Made by a program: the position numbers and the translations under genes. From Chrysochromulina tobinii (Eukaryota): a DNA stretch of 39,929 bases. Under the pieces are notes generated by a model. It did not search any database and had not been told where the DNA came from. It saw only the letters and a program-made list of their open reading frames with translations. Below, piece by piece: positions 22,577 through 32,579 of the stretch. How positions within the stretch are numbered: the stretch's first letter is position 1; each line of letters begins with the position of its first letter. The DNA is taken from contig JWZX01003328.1 in NCBI GenBank assembly GCA_001275005.1, positions 1-39,929 of the forward strand, written 5' to 3'.

Positions 22577-24373
22577 TCATGCGCATGGCTGAACACCGAG
22601 CTGGAGCAGCTGCGAGCGCAGCGCATCGAGGGAGCGCCCCATCTGCAGCGTCGCGTCGTGCTGAGCGTCGTGCAGCTCGATGGGTGGACCGAAAGGCATC
22701 TGGACGTCCGCCGTCGAAGACGAGTATGGATGCACGCGTGAGATCACGTGCGCCGAGCCCATGTGCAAGTGCGAGTCGAGCAAGGGCGAGTCGACAGCAT
22801 CATGGACGGCTCGCATCATGGACGGCACCCCCGCCGCCACGCCGAACGCCACCGGACCGCCGCCCGGACCGCCGCGGGTCGAGCCGGCGCTGGTGGAGGC
22901 GACGGCGCTCGGGTGGTATGCTTGCGGCCACGATGGGACCATCACGTGCAGCGCTTGCCCCGGCGCTGGCGGTGCCCGCGACGGCGCCCGCGCGCCCAGC
23001 AGCATCTGTGCCGGTAAGTTTTCCGGCAGATCCTGGGGCTGCTTGGCAGGCTGATCGACGGCCTTGGCAACGTGCCACTGCCACGCGGGCCCCGGCGCCG
23101 GAGTGGTTGGATGCGAAGGTAGCGGCAGCGCGGGTGCCGCCATCATCACCGGCGTCTGATGCCCCTGCATCTGCATCCAGTAATTGTGGGCATGCGAGGC
23201 GACCTGCACGGGTGGGCGCGTGAGTGCACGGGCGTGCGCGTGAGGAGCGCTCCATCCCTTGCCAAACATCTCGGGCTCGTGCAAGAAGCGCGTGTGCTCG
23301 TCTTTGCTCCGCGCCGGCGCGGGCGCTGCGAGGAGAGCGGGTGATCGTTCGTCATGCTCTGGCGATCTCATGCGAGGAGATCGTTCGCCATGCTCTCCGG
23401 AGGCGGCGTTCGCGGCGGCTGAAGTTCCCTCAGCGGCCACCGCCGTGGCAGCCGCCGCGGTGGTGGCAGCCGCCGCGGTGCTTGCTGCCGCGGTTCCGGC
23501 CGCCATCTCGCCATGCTGTGGCAGCGCCGCACCTCGGACCTTCACACCTCGGACCTTCACACCGCGGCCGTCCTTCGCGACTCGGACGTGCGCGACGGCC
23601 GAAGGCGCTGGCAGCGGCAAGGCCGTGGCAACGACAGCCGATGCCGCGGTGCACGCGGCGCCCGCAGTCTCCTGCGTTGGTGAGATCGGCGAGAGATCTT
23701 CCGGAGCCGGAGCGCCGTGGTTACGCAGCTGGAGCAGGCGCGAGAGGTGTGAAGGACGGCCGCGCTTCACGACGGGCGGAGGCAGGCACTTATGGGCGAT
23801 CCCAAACCGGCGGCAGCGCGAGCATGGTTGCTCACGGTCGCAGAGGACCTTGGCCGCACGGCAGGTCGCGCACGGCCGGGGGAGCTCTTCAGATGCACTG
23901 ATGGCTTCCATCTTGACATTGGGGAGCAGTGTCCATTCAGCGGCGTTTTTGGTGCTGGCAGTAGCAGGCAGCGATGCCTCCGCGGTCAACTTGTCAGCCA
24001 AAGCGGCGGCAGCTGCCACCGATTTTCTAACGGCCCCATCTCGGGATTCGGCGGCAGCTGTCGCCAGGTCCGGCGGCAGTCGAATCCCGAGATGGGGCTC
24101 TGATCGCATGCTAGCAGCGGCAGGGACTGCAGCGGCATCGTCAGGTGCTGAGGCAGGTGCGGAGCTGCGCGAAACAACTCGGTACGTAGCGATCTGGACG
24201 TGCTCATTGACTACCATCGGCACGGAGCCACCACACCACCGACCCTTCTTCTGACCCGACCAGTTGGTGGCCAACGGTACGTTCATGATGTCGATCGCCG
24301 ATGCGAGTACATGGAGCGCCTCAGCGCCTTGGTCCACTGCAGGCCCGCCCTGCACCTGCGTGTGAGTTGCCAT
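22577..24373 (-). CDS. Putative transcription factor: Zn(II)2Cys6 binuclear cluster + degenerate SHAQKY-type Myb domain (start uncertain)
   Basis: CATCRAAKVLCDREQPCSRCRRFGIAHKC followed by KRGRP; DEHTRFL...FGKGW...TRPPVQVASHAHNY. The ORF is open upstream to 24748, but the ATG is not securely placed. Confidence 0.7.
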   Translation of the reverse strand: MATHTQVQGGPAVDQGAEALHVLASAIDIMNVPLATNWSGQKKGRWCGGSVPMVVNEHVQIATYRVVSRSSAPASAPDDAAAVPAAASMRSEPHLGIRLPPDLATAAAESRDGAVRKSVAAAAALADKLTAEASLPATASTKNAAEWTLLPNVKMEAISASEELPRPCATCRAAKVLCDREQPCSRCRRFGIAHKCLPPPVVKRGRPSHLSRLLQLRNHGAPAPEDLSPISPTQETAGAACTAASAVVATALPLPAPSAVAHVRVAKDGRGVKVRGVKVRGAALPQHGEMAAGTAAASTAAAATTAAAATAVAAEGTSAAANAASGEHGERSPRMRSPEHDERSPALLAAPAPARSKDEHTRFLHEPEMFGKGWSAPHAHARALTRPPVQVASHAHNYWMQMQGHQTPVMMAAPALPLPSHPTTPAPGPAWQWHVAKAVDQPAKQPQDLPENLPAQMLLGARAPSRAPPAPGQALHVMVPSWPQAYHPSAVASTSAGSTRGGPGGGPVAFGVAAGVPSMMRAVHDAVDSPLLDSHLHMGSAHVISRVHPYSSSTADVQMPFGPPIELHDAQHDATLQMGRSLDALRSQLLQLGVQPCA

Positions 24374-24744
24374 GGTCCCCACCCCCAAGCTGGTCGGGAC
24401 GCCCATAGCACATCGCTTCGTACCGCGCTTGCTCGAATCCAGGGGCAACTCATGCAATGTGTCCCAAGGCATTCTCTGAGACGGTCCGTCACGAGACCCT
24501 TTCGCGCAGCGATTCTCCGTTGGCGTCTCGCGGAAAAGGCCAATCAATTGACGAACTTTTGGCAATATTCTTTGGCTTAAATTGGAAGGTCTGTGATGAC
24601 ACGAATACTCGGCAACCAAATCAAATACCGACGACTCACGCTTATGAACCTTCATTCCGCCGCCGCCGACACTGGTCAGATGTTCCACAGAGCTCCACAC
24701 ATCTTGAAGATCCATCCGATACAAGTACAATTGTATGGAGGGTC

Positions 24745-25584
24745 TCACTGCAGGGACGGCGCGCCGAGGCTCGGGCCGACGCGAGCGACGACCTTAGCAG
24801 CCGCTTGGTTGGTCGCAAGCACGATGAGGTCGGCGATCTGGACGTGCTTGGGGCGCGTCGCGGCGTACATGACATTGTCCGCAATGTCGGCAGCGACGAG
24901 CGGCTCGATGTCCTCATACACCTTGTCGGCCGTCGCTTGGTCGCCGCCGAAGCGCACTACCGAGAAATCGGTCTTCACCATGCCAGGGCTGATGGCGGTG
25001 ACGCGGATCGGGGTGCCCACTAGATCGTGCCGCGCAGCCATCGTGAACGCGTTTACAGCGTACTTCGTCGCGCAGTACACACTGCCTCCTGCATAGGCCT
25101 CGTGCCCGGCGATGCTGCCGATGTTGATGAGGTGGCCACTCCCGCGCGCACGCATTCCAGGCAGGAAAGCAGAACAGAAGGCGATCAGCCCAGTGACGTT
25201 CGTCGATATCATCTGCGCCACGTCACTCATTTTGTTGTCTGCGGCACCGGCAACCCCCAGTGCGAGGCCGGCATTGTTGACAAGGATGTTGACGTTTGCG
25301 TACGCAGGCGGCAACTGCGCGGGCAGCGCCTCGATTGCGGCCACATCCTGCACGTCGAGCGTCACGCAGTGCGGCTCCACGATCGACGGGTAGGCCTCCT
25401 TGAGCGCAGCCGATAGTGTGGCAAGGCGCTCAGTGCGGCGACCGATGAGGACGAGCACCGCGCCCGCCTCCGCAAAGCGCCACGCGCAGGCCTCGCCGAT
25501 GCCAGCGCTGGCACCCGTAATCAACGCAACCTGGCCGCTGATGTCGAGCGTACTATAAAGCGGCTTGGAGGCCGACAAGGACAT
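24745..25584 (-). CDS. Short-chain dehydrogenase, NADP-dependent 3-hydroxy acid dehydrogenase (YdfG-like)
   Basis: TGASAGIG, LVNNAGLALG, GSIAGHEAYAGGSVYCATK, PGMVKTDFSVVRFGGD...ADKVY, HVQIADLIVLATNQA. Confidence 0.9.
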   Translation of the reverse strand: MSLSASKPLYSTLDISGQVALITGASAGIGEACAWRFAEAGAVLVLIGRRTERLATLSAALKEAYPSIVEPHCVTLDVQDVAAIEALPAQLPPAYANVNILVNNAGLALGVAGAADNKMSDVAQMISTNVTGLIAFCSAFLPGMRARGSGHLINIGSIAGHEAYAGGSVYCATKYAVNAFTMAARHDLVGTPIRVTAISPGMVKTDFSVVRFGGDQATADKVYEDIEPLVAADIADNVMYAATRPKHVQIADLIVLATNQAAAKVVARVGPSLGAPSLQ

Positions 25585-25835
25585 CGCGCTCGGAGGCGTC
25601 TGATCGCGTCCGCTTTTGTGGAATGTTGTGTGGATGGGCCCCGGCCCCCGCCGAAACGCAAAACGAATTCAAATGATTGTAAGTTACACATAGAAACAAC
25701 CTCAGTCAGTCAAAGTCAATTTCGTCGCGGTCCCCGCCCCGCGCTCACCACACCGTCTCAGAGGACGGCTCCGCGGGCCCTCGGTCAACACAAGTCAGAG
25801 CGTTACGTTCTCCCGCGCTCGCTCTCGCAAAGCTC

Positions 25836-26879
25836 TCAGCTTGAGCTTCGGCGGAAGAGGCGACGCAGGAATCCCCGCATGGGAGTGGCAGGGACGCCGC
25901 CCATCGATGTGAGAGCGCCCTGCGCCACTGAGAGCTCACGCTCCGTTGGCGCCGCGCCGCGCTCCCGGCCCACCTTGCCCGCGTCCACCTCCTCGTATGT
26001 GCGACCCATTTCAAGTTTCGTCGCGTCCTGCTGCTCGCCGGGAAGCATCTGCTGAAGCACACGGTACGAGGCTTCAACGGCCGCCTCGGACGGGGGCGCC
26101 TTGTCAGATGCGAGCGCCTCCAGCGCCGTGCCGAGCGCGCCGGCCGGGTAGCCCGTCATCGTGAACATCTCAAACGTCTTGCCTGCTGCATGGGGCTCCT
26201 CGAGGCAGCTTACGAGCACCTCGGCCAGGTCGTCAGGGTTGGTGCGGCCGACAGCGACGTCGCCCTGCGAGAGGATCGGGCGGCCCGCCGGCCAGGTGTC
26301 CTTCAGTCCCGTCGGCCGCACGATGCAGTACGGTGCGCCGCCCTCGCGCAGCTTCGCCTCAGCCACCATCTTCTTGTCGAGAATCGCTCCCGGGTTGAGC
26401 CGGATGATCGGGATGTCGGCGGCGCCGACGAGCTTCTTCATCTTCTCCTCACTCCATTGTGGCCGGGACACGCCCGCGCTCGAACACAGCACAACTTTGG
26501 GCGCGTTGCCACTGGCGTTGCCATTGTCAAAGGCCTTGGCAAACTCGGTCACACCGTCGATGTCGATAAGCGTACCATCAGGCTTGAAGCCCGATGCGCA
26601 CCAAATGACGGCATCTGCGCCCTCAGACATGCGTTTGATCGCCGCCGCGCAGTCGTCGCTGGCGAGGTCGCAGAAGACTAGCTCGATGCGGCCATCTCGA
26701 GGCAAAACCTCCAGTGCTTTCGCTCCGTCGCGAACCACTGCGCGCACAGTAGTGGCGGTGCCTTCCCTCTGTAACAGGCGCTGCACGACGAGGCGGCCAA
26801 CGCGACCTGTAGCTCCAGCGACCACCACCGTAGGAGGAGCGAGGGCGCTCATCAGCGCGGTGAGCACTAGCGCAGCCAT
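25836..26879 (-). CDS. NAD(P)-binding Rossmann protein (NAD_binding_10 / atypical SDR), likely plastid-targeted
   Basis: VVVAGATGRVGRLVV, SSAGVSRP, AEAKLREGGAPYCIVRPTGL, SQGDVAVGRTNPDDLA, AGKTFE; short hydrophobic N-terminus MAALVLTALMSALA. Confidence 0.8.
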   Translation of the reverse strand: MAALVLTALMSALAPPTVVVAGATGRVGRLVVQRLLQREGTATTVRAVVRDGAKALEVLPRDGRIELVFCDLASDDCAAAIKRMSEGADAVIWCASGFKPDGTLIDIDGVTEFAKAFDNGNASGNAPKVVLCSSAGVSRPQWSEEKMKKLVGAADIPIIRLNPGAILDKKMVAEAKLREGGAPYCIVRPTGLKDTWPAGRPILSQGDVAVGRTNPDDLAEVLVSCLEEPHAAGKTFEMFTMTGYPAGALGTALEALASDKAPPSEAAVEASYRVLQQMLPGEQQDATKLEMGRTYEEVDAGKVGRERGAAPTERELSVAQGALTSMGGVPATPMRGFLRRLFRRSSS

Positions 26880-27044
26880 GGCTTGTCGGAGTGGGGCACT
26901 TCCGATCTGCTTCGTGGAAACTTCCGTAGTGCACAAGTGGACTGTGAATTTCACACCGTGGAACGGGTCTTATCGTTTGAGTTGTTTCTGACAACACGGC
27001 AGGTTGTGATTACGGGCTTGATTCGTGGTTTCGCTTCATGTGGT

Positions 27045-28286
27045 TTACTTTTGCTTCTTGGACGGAGCAGCAGCCGAAGCTTTGCCGCTGATGCTAACGG
27101 CTGGAGCCTTGCGCTTGCCAGCAGCGCCGCCGCCGCCGCTGCTGCTCCCTGAAGCGCCGGCCTTGGACTTTTTTGCGAAGGCGTCAAAGATCGCTGAGCT
27201 CGGCATGGTCTTTGCTTCTCGGGCCTTGAAGAAGCTATCGATGCGCATCTGCTGTCCCGAGCGGCTGAGCGCTTTGAGCCGCTCGACGACCTTGGCCACG
27301 CGCGCCTCGTTGAACGAGTGGCGTCCGACGAGGAAGGTGGCGAGGCCGGCGTAATCGGGCGTGCCCCAGCTGAGCGTGACGGCCGCGGGGTCAACGACCT
27401 CGGGCTGCTTGAAGGTTAGGCGAACCTCATCGATACGCCACTGATCCGCTGGAGGCAGGTCGACCGCCTTCGCGGCGCCGAGGCTGGCGGCGGCGGCCTC
27501 AATGGAGCCGTGCGTCTTGAGCAGCTTGAAAGCGGTGGTGGGGCCGACGCCGCGGATGGTGCCGCAGTAGTCGCAGCCGCACAAGATGCAGAAGTCGATG
27601 AAGACGTCCATTGACACGTCGAGCTGCGCGAGCAGCGCCTCAAGCTTGATCTCGAAAACCGGCCGCTTGGTCTGCGTGCGGCTCGACTCGGTGTCGAAGA
27701 GGTTCTTGAGCATCGTGACGGCGCCAAAGGTGAGCGCGTCCATGTCCTCGGTCGCGACTGCGTGCACGTGCCCCGACTTGTTCAGTGCCGCGCAGGTCGC
27801 CTCGGCCTCGGAGGGGGCAAGTATCACCGGGCAACCGAGCAGACGCAGCAGCTCCTGGCAGTCGGCATTCATCTGCGGCGTCGCACGCGCTGTCCGATGC
27901 GCCGCCTTCCGAATCTCCTCGGGGTCGCCACTGGCTAGTGCCCTCGCCAGCTCGCTGTCCGCCTCGTCTTTCTTCTCCTTGCGGCCGGCGAGCGTCTGTA
28001 ACTTGAGCTCGGGAGGTTTGCCGTCGAAAACGTAGACGGGCTTGATTCCGGCCTCGAGCAGCTTGAGCGTGCGGCTCAAGAAGCCCTGGATGTGCGAGGT
28101 GACTTCGCCCGAGGCGTTGGATAGATTCGACTGCGCCTCTCCCTGGCGCACGGCCACGAGGAACTGGTATAGACACATGGATGCGTCGATAGCAATCGTG
28201 AGGCCCGTCATGGCCTCGAGCTTGGTTTCTTTGATGGCCAGCGGAGCCGCGTCGGAGATGAAAGGGAACAGTCCTTTGATGCCCAT
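27045..28286 (-). CDS. FEN1: Flap endonuclease 1
   Basis: MGIKGL, IAIDASMCLYQFL, GEVTSH, GIKPVYVFDGKPPELK, APSEAEATCA, ATEDMDALTFG, DFCILCGCDYC, PIP-box QMRIDSFF, basic tail. Confidence 0.97.
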   Translation of the reverse strand: MGIKGLFPFISDAAPLAIKETKLEAMTGLTIAIDASMCLYQFLVAVRQGEAQSNLSNASGEVTSHIQGFLSRTLKLLEAGIKPVYVFDGKPPELKLQTLAGRKEKKDEADSELARALASGDPEEIRKAAHRTARATPQMNADCQELLRLLGCPVILAPSEAEATCAALNKSGHVHAVATEDMDALTFGAVTMLKNLFDTESSRTQTKRPVFEIKLEALLAQLDVSMDVFIDFCILCGCDYCGTIRGVGPTTAFKLLKTHGSIEAAAASLGAAKAVDLPPADQWRIDEVRLTFKQPEVVDPAAVTLSWGTPDYAGLATFLVGRHSFNEARVAKVVERLKALSRSGQQMRIDSFFKAREAKTMPSSAIFDAFAKKSKAGASGSSSGGGGAAGKRKAPAVSISGKASAAAPSKKQK

Positions 28287-28847
28287 CCTGCAGTCCCGTT
28301 CCGTTACAAAGGACGGATCAAACTTGGGGAAGTGGGTCTCTCTGGAATACACGGGACTCACGGATCACACAGACACCCTGTGTATGAAATCATAGCGGAC
28401 TTTTCGTAACGCTTATAAGTGAGCGTCCGAGCTCAAAGACGCAAAAGAAGTGAGTGCAGATACTATCTAAGTTGCTGTTGGGGGCGATCCGACCCTCCCA
28501 CAAGCTACACGCAAATACTTGATACTTGTGGCCAACCACCATGTGATCGCAAAAGTGTGAGCCAGTGGCTTCGCAACTTTCCACACAACGTGAGAAAAAT
28601 GTGGTGCCCGAGTACACATGTAACTCGAGGACACATCGCGCAGGAGGACTCCCAGTGAATCTGACGAGTTGAGATCCCGTCCGTGTGGGTGTTAACACCG
28701 ATCACCGTGTACGCAAGTAGAGTCTCATGCATGCCGCTTAAAGTGCCGGGCACACCGGCAAACGCCAAATCTCCGAGTCGAGGCCGAAAAAGTACCCGGC
28801 CATCAGAGAAACCGAACCACCTCCCCTTGCCCTCCTGCCGATCCTGG

Positions 28848-29961
28848 ATGACGAGTTCCAGAATAGGTGTCGCGACAAGTGCTGCGAACCTGCTGCTGCG
28901 CTCGGCAGCAGCATCGCTCAACCCAGTCTTGGTTCAATGTGCCCTTGACATCGGAGCCAGCCCGCTGAGCACGAGTACTCTTGACCGCACGGCACTCATG
29001 CTGGCAATCATGAATGGTGGTGACCACGCGGCGACGCTCAATGTGGTTATCAGGCTGGTTGCCAGCGATGGCACCGCCGTCAACCATCAGAGCGCAACAG
29101 CTGGGCTCACCGCGCTGATGCTCGCTGCACTTTTGGGGATGCCAGCGGTTGTTCAAGCCTTGATCGAGGCGGGTGCTAAGGTGAGGCTTGACTATACACC
29201 GCCCTGGCCGCATCTGGTGCTGAGCGCAACAGCACCTACCCTGAGGACCACGTGGTGCCGATCGTCCCGCATCCGCCTGCTGTAACTTTGCTCAGGTCGA
29301 GACCGTTTGCCATCGTGGCGAGACTGCCTGGTGCAAAGCGCAGGCAGGGTCCAAGGTGAGCCACTGCACTCGCGCGACGATCATGAGAATATTGGGAGAC
29401 GCTGGCAACCCGCTGTGCAAACCGCCGGAGTCTTCGGTTGCAGTCACGGGGCCCGTGTACCTGCACGGCCTCATGGACGCTGCGTTGATGGCCGCGGTGC
29501 GTGAAGCGCTACACTCGACCCCACCCGAGCAGGTGCATGCGGGCAAATTTTACGCCAAGCGCACATTTGTGCGTGACCGGTCACTGGGCGAGCGCATCCT
29601 TGCGGCACTGCCCGAGGAGCTTGGCTTCCGTGGCTGTGTGTCCGACATGCGATTCTATGATTATCCTCTCGGCGGCTTCATCGCGCCGCATCTTGACGAA
29701 GCACACTGCTGTAAGGAGACTGGTCGCATCTCGACCACCACGTTCCTCCTCTATCTCCTGGGCGTGCCAGAGGGCGAGGGGGGCGAGACTGTCTTTCTCG
29801 ACCGCTTGCCGAAGGACTGCCTTGAAGGCGAGGACCCGCGCGTCTTGCAGTCGTTTGTCCCGGTTGAAGGCTCGATCTTGCTGTTCCCACACGTGATGCC
29901 ACACCAGGGACGCGCTGTTGGAACTCACCGTAAACTGCTGCTGAGGGGGGATTTGTATTGA
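28848..29961 (+). CDS. Ankyrin-repeat + 2OG-Fe(II) oxygenase (prolyl-4-hydroxylase-like) fusion, ~332 aa; exons 28848-29180 and 29296-29961
   Basis: RTALMLA, GLTALMLAALLGMPAVVQALIEAGAK|VE; then MRFYDY..GGFIAPHLD, TFLLYL, GGETVF, LLFPH...HQG, KLLLRGDL. AAG|GTGAGG...GCTCAG|GTC intron (115 nt) joins the frames. Confidence 0.75.
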
Positions 29962-30069
29962 TGGGATGGGTTTGTCCCGGCGCCCCCGGAGTTTTACGGT
30001 TTCGTGAACGCAAAGTTTCACACATGTTGCTCGCCGTCGGCTGCTGCCGTCGGCGAAGGCGACACTGTC

Positions 30070-31395
30070 ATGTCGTTGTCCCGCCTCGTGCTCTTGGCCT
30101 CCGCGGTGGAGATCAGCGCGCGCTTTCAGCCCCATCAAATCCATCTGGCCTTCGGTGGCGAGCCGGACTCCATCGCCGTAGACTTTGCCACGGACGCGGA
30201 CGTGAATTGCACCTCGACGGGTGTGGCGTTTGGCACGTCGCCCGCGGCGCTGAACATGTTTGTGCCCGCCAGCAGCTGTTATTACTTCGCCGGCGCGCTT
30301 CAGTGGCAAAGCCAGGTGAAGCTCACCGGACTGAAGGCGGGCACAACGTATTACTACACTGCAGGTTCACCCGCCATCCAGCACGTTTCATGGTCTGAGA
30401 TGTACTCCTTCGTAATGCCCGATACGTCACCCACGTCGCCTCCCCAGCGGGTCGCCATTTTTGCGGACTTTGGCTACTTTAACAGTGAGTCGCTGCCCGC
30501 GCTCATCGCAGGTGCGTACACGGGCGCATACGACTGGGTCATCCATGCCGGTGACATTGCCTATGACATGGACTGGGACGGAGGCTTTGGTAAGATCGGT
30601 GCCGTCGGCAGCGAATTCTTGCTCGCGGTGGAGCCCATCGCCGCGACTCGGCCCTACATGGTGTCACCCGGCAACCACGAATGCGCCAACAACTTTACCC
30701 ACTACAGGAACCGCTTCGCGGCCCTTACGAATTTCACGGCCAAGGCCAGCGGCTCGCCGTCCAATCTGTTCTACAGCTTCGACTCCGGCCTGGCACACTA
30801 CATCAGCATCGATACCGAGTTGTTCGACGAGTTCGAGGGCGACGAGCTCGTTCACAACATGCTGACCTGGCTCAAGGCAGACCTCACCAAAGCGAACGCC
30901 AACCGTCACATTCGGCCCTGGCTCATGGCGTTTGGCCACAAGTGCAGCTACATGGCTCAAAACAGCTCGCTGTGGGAATCTCTCTTCTACAGCTACGGTG
31001 TCGACATGTACTTTTGCGGGCACGTGCACAGCTACAGGCGCTGGCTCCCATTCAACCCGATGACCAACGTGTATGACACGGCAGCTGCCAACAAGGATGC
31101 GAGCGTCTACACGAACCCGAGAGCAGTTGTGCCCATCGTGACCGGAGCGGCAGGGTGCCAGGAGCCCCCAGCGGCGCACTGCAACAACGACCCGAAGTCC
31201 ACATCGCCCAGCTACTGCGGCAACTACGGATTCGGCATCCTGGAGATCGCCAACGCAACCCACGCACATTGGACATGGAACACGACGGTGCCCCTCAACG
31301 GCTCGTCGGCGCCCAAGTTCAGTGACGACCTTTGGGTGATTGTTGACAATCACGGCCCGCGCACGACGCAGCAAGGCGATGCTAGTGGATTTTGA
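30070..31395 (+). CDS. Purple acid phosphatase (ACP7/PAPL-like metallophosphoesterase), probably secreted
   Basis: Metal-ligand motifs ADFG, GDIAY, GNHE, GHK, GHVH; N-terminal PHQIHLA; hydrophobic N-terminus. Confidence 0.92.
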   Translation: MSLSRLVLLASAVEISARFQPHQIHLAFGGEPDSIAVDFATDADVNCTSTGVAFGTSPAALNMFVPASSCYYFAGALQWQSQVKLTGLKAGTTYYYTAGSPAIQHVSWSEMYSFVMPDTSPTSPPQRVAIFADFGYFNSESLPALIAGAYTGAYDWVIHAGDIAYDMDWDGGFGKIGAVGSEFLLAVEPIAATRPYMVSPGNHECANNFTHYRNRFAALTNFTAKASGSPSNLFYSFDSGLAHYISIDTELFDEFEGDELVHNMLTWLKADLTKANANRHIRPWLMAFGHKCSYMAQNSSLWESLFYSYGVDMYFCGHVHSYRRWLPFNPMTNVYDTAAANKDASVYTNPRAVVPIVTGAAGCQEPPAAHCNNDPKSTSPSYCGNYGFGILEIANATHAHWTWNTTVPLNGSSAPKFSDDLWVIVDNHGPRTTQQGDASGF

Positions 31396-32579
31396 TAGGG
31401 ATTTTGCCGTGTCCGCTTGGTGTCCGACCACATCGCGCATGTGCATAATGTTGAGTGCGTGCGCGCGCGGTCCAAGGCGCGGTCCCGTCTGGTGTATGAC
31501 CCGATCGCCAACCCGCGCCCGATCGAGTAACGATCGAGTCAGAGCCGAATGCCGATCGGATGAGGCGAAAGGGAAAGGATGACATGCGCGTATCGACCAT
31601 TATGGATTAGGAAAGTTTGCTTCCAGGGTGGCCGGACCATACCTATAGGTCCTAGCAGCTGCCAAGCGGCAGGGCGCGAGGATTCGATGGCGACGAAAGA
31701 ACCGACCGAATGACCAACTTTTCCGGTGGGAGGCGTGGTCCCCGGTCCGGTCACGGAAACGCAAACCTTTCCGCTTCCCGTCACCGCGGTACCCGGAGTG
31801 GGATTCCGGATTGTGCCATGGCGTTATGCGGCAAGCATCCGATCCTTCGCAAACTGACGACACGGACGGCCCCTCGGAGCGTCGGAGGCGCGAATTTCGA
31901 ATCGGTGAAATGGGCAATCAAGTTTCGATCGATCAAAATTGCCCATTTTCGTGATCGAATCGGTGGCTGTCTCTCGAAGGAGCCAAGGAGGGGACGGCGC
32001 GCAGCGGACAACGTGGACAATCATGCAGACCGTTTGCTGCGTTGGCAGAGCACATAATAGCATGAATGCCGTACAGCCCGCCGCAGACGGCCGCTCGCGC
32101 CGCACTTTCGCCGCGCCGTCGCCTCGTCCGCTGCTGTCACCGCCATCACCATCGCCACGGTTGCCGCCGCCGTTGTCGCCGCCGCCGCCATCGCCGCCTC
32201 GGTCGCAGCCGACTCGCGCCTCCGCCGCTGTTGCGGCGCGGCCGGTAGCATACGAGCAGACTGCAGCGCATACCAGAGCTCTATCGAGCCCATGCCACGA
32301 GGTACAGCACATCAAAATGTGTCCTGATCAGACCATGAGCAGCAGGTTTGGACACACATGCTCCACCTCCGCCGCCGCTAAGTTAGAGCGCTGCAAAGCA
32401 GCACACGACGCCGAGGCCACTGCCAGAGCGTCTTTCGTCGTCGAGGATCCACGGATCGTTCTTCGTTGGTCGATGGTGCCTAAAGTACGAGGCTGTGCGT
32501 TGAAGTCGCGCGGCCAAGAGCTGTTTTCAGCTCTCCGCGAGGCTCGCGGGCCGCGTCAAGGTCGTTGGCATGGCGAGGT

